A DNA stretch of 59,493 nt from Lachnospiraceae bacterium (GTDB lineage Bacteria; Bacillota; Clostridia; Lachnospirales; Lachnospiraceae). The DNA is taken from assembly GCA_045651105.1 (NCBI GenBank), contig JAZRRW010000067.1, positions 1 to 59,493 on the forward strand, written 5' to 3'. This document shows, in pieces, positions 55,933-59,493 of the stretch. How positions within the stretch are numbered: the first letter of the stretch is position 1; the number at the start of each line of letters is the position of its first letter. The translations under genes were made by a program, and so were the position numbers. Under the pieces are notes generated by a model, which was not told the origin of the DNA, did no database searches, and saw only the letters and a program-made list of their open reading frames with translations.

Positions 55933-55957
55933 GGGGCCTGGCTCAAAGCCAGACCCC
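55933..55957. terminator. Bidirectional terminator between the Cys-rich gene and the GT-C gene
   Basis: ggggcctggct-caa-agccagacccc (one mismatch). Confidence 0.6.
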
Positions 55958-55967
55958 ATTATAAAAA

Positions 55968-57383
55968 CTATTTATGCTCTTTAAGCTCATACACTACCAC
56001 AGGATTGGTTCCAATAACACCCTGCTCCACAAGCATTTCCGGAACATATCCTTGTATCTGCAGTCCGGCAGTCATTTCCTCACTAAGCTTGCCGGAAAGC
56101 ATCAGCCAGTAGTCCTTACCCTCCTTCAAAGCAGGAAGCTCACCGTCACCCATATATATCTGCTCCGAACCGGGATAATAATAATCTCCCACTGTCCAGT
56201 CTATATATTCCAAATCGGTAACAATTACGTTCCCCTTTCCTGCAATCCGGGTAGTAGCCTCAAGGGTCTCCTGTAAAAGCACATTTTGCGTTCTTTCCGT
56301 CTGAACAATATGGATAAACTGCGGGCCACTTGTAATAAGCAGTGCCGCTGCCAGTAATCCTGTGTACAGACGCTTCCTTCGGCACCCTGAAATGCCCACT
56401 GCCAATAATACCCATGCAATCACGGAAACCGGATACAAATACCTGACAATCATTACCGGCCTGAAAAGTCGGGATACAACATTACCCACCGTAACGGTGC
56501 CCAAAATGCTGCACAAACCCGCTGCCAGCCACATAAGCCATGCTGTATCCTTTCTGCGATACCACGCTGCCAAGGCCACGGCTGCTATCATAACCGCAAA
56601 TAGCACATACTTCAGGCTGCCGCTAAACATATACCCAATGCAATCCTTTAAATACGGAATATAGAGCATCCAAAAATCACCCATGGTTCTTCTCAGGGTC
56701 TGTATCAGAGTTATCAGCCAAGGCAAGTATGCTGCTACTGTTACCAGACACGCTATCAAGGTCCTTTTAAAATGCTCCTTACGCTTTACCAAAGCCAGCC
56801 CTATGAGCACAATATAAAAGAATGCAACGGAAATCAAACAGTAATAGTGCGTGTAAGCACACCCCAGCGAAAACAGTACAAAGCATACATAATCCTTTGT
56901 TTGGTTCCTTGTAAAAATACGATACAAAGCAAGGAAACTAAGCAATAAGAACAAGGCTCCCCAGGAATACATACGCACCTCTACGTTATAGGTCACCGCT
57001 GTTTCTAACAGCGAGGACAAAAGAATAAATAAGATAGAGGCTTCCATACCAAACCATTTCCAAATTACCGTCAATGCAACTACTATCCCAATGACATAAG
57101 GTACCAAAGACGCCAGATGATAAACCACACCGGAATATCCAAACAGCCTACAAAACATCTGTACTATAAAATAATACAGAGGGGGATGTACATCTGCCGC
57201 CGTTTCCATTAACATTTCTGTGAAATTCATTTGAGACAGACGAATGGTATATGCCTCATCTCCCCAAAAATTATTGTCAAAAATCCTCACAAAGTGCAAT
57301 GCTATAAGCAACACAGAAAAAGCCGTCACTGCCAGACGCTGATAATTAATCTGAAAGTCGGTATTTTTCTTAAAGCTCCTCAT
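55968..57383 (-). CDS. GT-C fold membrane glycosyltransferase (family 39/83, PMT/ArnT-like)
   Basis: 471 aa with about 11 TM segments. The first loop carries GDEAYT...DVHPPLYY, typical of PMT_2/ArnT-like enzymes. Confidence 0.75.
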   Translation of the reverse strand: MRSFKKNTDFQINYQRLAVTAFSVLLIALHFVRIFDNNFWGDEAYTIRLSQMNFTEMLMETAADVHPPLYYFIVQMFCRLFGYSGVVYHLASLVPYVIGIVVALTVIWKWFGMEASILFILLSSLLETAVTYNVEVRMYSWGALFLLLSFLALYRIFTRNQTKDYVCFVLFSLGCAYTHYYCLISVAFFYIVLIGLALVKRKEHFKRTLIACLVTVAAYLPWLITLIQTLRRTMGDFWMLYIPYLKDCIGYMFSGSLKYVLFAVMIAAVALAAWYRRKDTAWLMWLAAGLCSILGTVTVGNVVSRLFRPVMIVRYLYPVSVIAWVLLAVGISGCRRKRLYTGLLAAALLITSGPQFIHIVQTERTQNVLLQETLEATTRIAGKGNVIVTDLEYIDWTVGDYYYPGSEQIYMGDGELPALKEGKDYWLMLSGKLSEEMTAGLQIQGYVPEMLVEQGVIGTNPVVVYELKEHK

Positions 57384-57401
57384 CCCTCATTCTCCCATGC
57401 C

Positions 57402-58565
57402 TTATTTTTTCCAGAATTTACCCTTCTTTTCCTTTGGTTCTTCCTCGTTTTTGTCCGCCGCGTGCAGAGAGTCACCTGTAGCCGCATCAAACTGTCTAAG
57501 CAGTTCCTTTGCCTCGTTGGAAAGCTTATCCGGAGTCTGCACTACCAATGTCACATAATGATCACCGCGCACCTCCTTATTTCTCCAGGACGGAACACCC
57601 TTGCCCCTCAAACGGATCTTGGTATCGGTCTGCGTACCTGCTTTTACTTCATACACAACCTTGCCATCAATGGTGTCAATAATAATTTCACCGCCAAGAG
57701 CTGCCACTGCAAAGCTGATAGGTACTGCTGAGAAAATATTTAAATCCTGACGCTGGAAAATCGGGTGACGGCCAACAATAAATTCAATAACCACATCACC
57801 TCTAGGGCCACCGTTAATACCCGGCTCACCAAGTCCTGTCAGACGTTTACGCTGACCGCTGTCCACACCGGCAGGAATATCCACCTCGTATTTTTTGCGC
57901 ATGGACACAAAACCGGTACCACGGCAATCTGTACACTTCTCACGAATAATCTTACCTGTACCCTGACAATCCGGACATGCCTGCACATTACGGATAGTGC
58001 CGAACATGGACTGCTGGGTAAATACAACCTGACCCTTACCACCGCACTTTGAACAGATCTCAGGACTGGTGCCTGCCTTTGCACCGCTGCCGTGACATGC
58101 CTTACACTCTTCTTTTACATTTAATTCTATTTCCTTCTTACAGCCTGCTACAGCCTCTTCGAAGGTAATTCTCATACTGGTACGAATGTCCTCGCCCTTC
58201 ATAGGGCCATGATTACGGCCACCTCTGCGGCTGCCAAAAATATCACCAAAGCCAAACATATCCCCGAAAATATCAGAGAAGTCCGCTCCGCTGAAATCAA
58301 AACCGCCAAAGCCACCTGCCCCGCCGGCACCTCCGTCAAAGGCTGCATGACCAAACTGGTCATACTGACGTCTCTTTTCCGGGTCGGATAATATTGCATA
58401 CGCTTCGGAAGCCTCTTTGAATTTTACTTCCGCATCTTTATCTCCCGGATTCATATCCGGATGATACTTCTTCGCTAATACACGATATGCCTTTTTGATA
58501 GCTGCGTCATCCGCATTTTTATCTAAGCCGAGTACCTCGTAGTAGTCTCGTTTCTGTTCTGCCAT
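57402..58565 (-). CDS. dnaJ: Molecular chaperone DnaJ
   Basis: 387 aa starting at [14 protein letters not shown]. Contains HPD, a G/F-rich region and four CxxCxGxG repeats. Confidence 0.95.
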   Translation of the reverse strand: MAEQKRDYYEVLGLDKNADDAAIKKAYRVLAKKYHPDMNPGDKDAEVKFKEASEAYAILSDPEKRRQYDQFGHAAFDGGAGGAGGFGGFDFSGADFSDIFGDMFGFGDIFGSRRGGRNHGPMKGEDIRTSMRITFEEAVAGCKKEIELNVKEECKACHGSGAKAGTSPEICSKCGGKGQVVFTQQSMFGTIRNVQACPDCQGTGKIIREKCTDCRGTGFVSMRKKYEVDIPAGVDSGQRKRLTGLGEPGINGGPRGDVVIEFIVGRHPIFQRQDLNIFSAVPISFAVAALGGEIIIDTIDGKVVYEVKAGTQTDTKIRLRGKGVPSWRNKEVRGDHYVTLVVQTPDKLSNEAKELLRQFDAATGDSLHAADKNEEEPKEKKGKFWKK

Positions 58566-58580
58566 AAAATCAACTCCAAT

Positions 58581-58607
58581 CAACCCCGCATTTGACATAC
58601 GGGGTTG
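58581..58607 (-). promoter_or_regulatory. Intercistronic hairpin between dnaK and dnaJ
   Basis: caaccccg / cggggttg forms an 8-bp stem with no U-run. Confidence 0.4.
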
Positions 58608-58622
58608 TGATAAAATTTATTT

Positions 58623-59493
58623 TTAAACCTCTCTATAATCGCCATCGATGATGTCATCGCCTGCAGCGCTGCCTGCAGCGCTGCCTGCACCGGCTGCACC
58701 GCCCATATCAGGACCTGCACCCTGAGCACCCTGCATTGACTCATACATCTTGGTAAACAATGCCTGAGCACTGCTCATCAGCTTCTCTTTGGCTGCCTTT
58801 AACTCATCCACATCACTGTCGCTCATTTCCTGATTTGCAGTTCTGTCAAGGATTGCCTTTACTGCTGCAAGCTCAGCCTCTACACCGGCCTTTTCGTCAG
58901 CAGAAATCTTGTCACCCACTTCGTTCAAAGCTTTCTCTGTCTGGAATACGAAAGAATCTGCTTCGTTACGTGTGTCAATAGCTTCCTTACGCTTCTTGTC
59001 CTGAGCTTCAAATTCAGCTGCTTCCTTTACTGCTCTTTCAATTTCATCATCAGACATAGAGGAACCTGCTGTAATGGTAATGTGCTGCTCCTTACCGGTA
59101 CCTAAATCCTTAGCAGATACATTTACGATACCATTTGCATCGATATCAAAGGTAACTTCGATCTGTGGCACACCTCTCATTGCCGGTGGAATACCATCTA
59201 ATCTGAACTGTCCAAGGCTCTTGTTGTCTCTAGCGAACTGTCTTTCACCCTGAACTACGTTAATGTCAACTGCTGTCTGATTGTCAGCTGCGGTAGAGAA
59301 TACCTGACTCTTCTTGGTAGGAATCGTAGTATTTCTCTCGATTAATCTGGTAGCAATACCGCCCATAGTCTCGATAGAAAGAGATAATGGAGTAACGTCT
59401 AACAATAAGATTTCACCTGCACCAGCATCACCTGCTAACTTACCACCCTGAATAGAAGCACCTAATGCTACACATTCGTCAGGGTTTAAGGAT
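58623..59493 (-). CDS. dnaK: Molecular chaperone DnaK (C-terminal part; the gene continues beyond the window)
   Basis: The frame is open to the window edge (…[15 protein letters not shown]…[17 protein letters not shown]…). It covers the substrate-binding and lid domains and a Gly/Ala-rich tail. Confidence 0.95.
   Translation of the reverse strand, partial: SLNPDECVALGASIQGGKLAGDAGAGEILLLDVTPLSLSIETMGGIATRLIERNTTIPTKKSQVFSTAADNQTAVDINVVQGERQFARDNKSLGQFRLDGIPPAMRGVPQIEVTFDIDANGIVNVSAKDLGTGKEQHITITAGSSMSDDEIERAVKEAAEFEAQDKKRKEAIDTRNEADSFVFQTEKALNEVGDKISADEKAGVEAELAAVKAILDRTANQEMSDSDVDELKAAKEKLMSSAQALFTKMYESMQGAQGAGPDMGGAAGAGSAAGSAAGDDIIDGDYREV

Noticed and set aside
58640-58700. Short tandem DNA repeat GCTGCCTGCAGC x2 with related flanks
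   Set aside because: It encodes the Gly/Ala-rich C-terminal tail of DnaK ([12 protein letters not shown]), a common low-complexity feature, not a regulatory repeat.
1-59493. Searched for prophage, integrase, transposase, toxin-antitoxin, restriction-modification or other defence islands
   Set aside because: No ORF translation shows the hallmark motifs of these families. The window is dominated by housekeeping and catabolic genes.

Overview
This window looks like a chromosomal segment of a low-GC Firmicute. Gene order and protein families suggest Clostridia or Lachnospiraceae, but that assignment is inference. It holds about 60 protein genes, almost all on the minus strand, and one tRNA-Gln. 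I found no rRNA, CRISPR array, transposase or integrase.

Blocks from left to right:
1. DegV, followed by an operon rich in phosphoesterases: a secreted 5'-nucleotidase, a CapA-like protein, a BMP-domain fusion protein and a metallophosphoesterase.
2. A large L-rhamnose/fucose-type bacterial microcompartment (BMC, metabolosome) locus at 9.5-23.7 kb. It reads AraC regulator, rhaB, rhaA, then one long operon: class II aldolase, DUF336, CoA-acylating aldehyde dehydrogenase, Zn-type alcohol dehydrogenase, four BMC-H shell genes, PduL, a BMC-P vertex protein, PduS-like, PduT-like, a DeoR regulator, a ParA-like ATPase and a Lys-rich low-complexity protein.
3. Two paralogous ECF-like sigma genes (one truncated) flanking ferredoxin, cysK, bioY, a DtxR-family repressor and a small alarmone synthetase.
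4. Housekeeping genes: mfd, pth, ctpA, an M23 peptidase, ftsX, ftsE, a PucR-like regulator, CvfB, an acyl-ACP thioesterase, tRNA-Gln, glnN (type III), a U32 peptidase, an O-methyltransferase, a short MltG-like protein, YlbF-like, rnj, DUF1292, ruvX, ireB, mtaB, an HPr-like protein, thiI, a cysteine desulfurase, rsmE and prmA.
5. A three-gene insert between prmA and dnaJ (coiled-coil protein, Cys-rich protein, GT-C glycosyltransferase), then dnaJ and partial dnaK.

The strongest candidate for something new is the ParA-type ATPase and its aromatic-free Lys/Thr/Ala/Glu-rich partner. Both are translationally coupled onto the 3' end of the metabolosome operon, an arrangement that resembles the McdA/McdB carboxysome positioning system but sits on a catabolic BMC.

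Other notable points:
- The BMC has no diol dehydratase or glycyl-radical enzyme.
- The aldolase carries a Cys-rich linker before a C-terminal encapsulation-type helix.
- Both sigma paralogs share a duplicated GAAC-N16-CGTTATATAAGT promoter.
- A roughly 0.7 kb strand-skewed noncoding region contains tandem repeats and an orphan terminator.

All family assignments come from reading the translations by eye. No database search was run.
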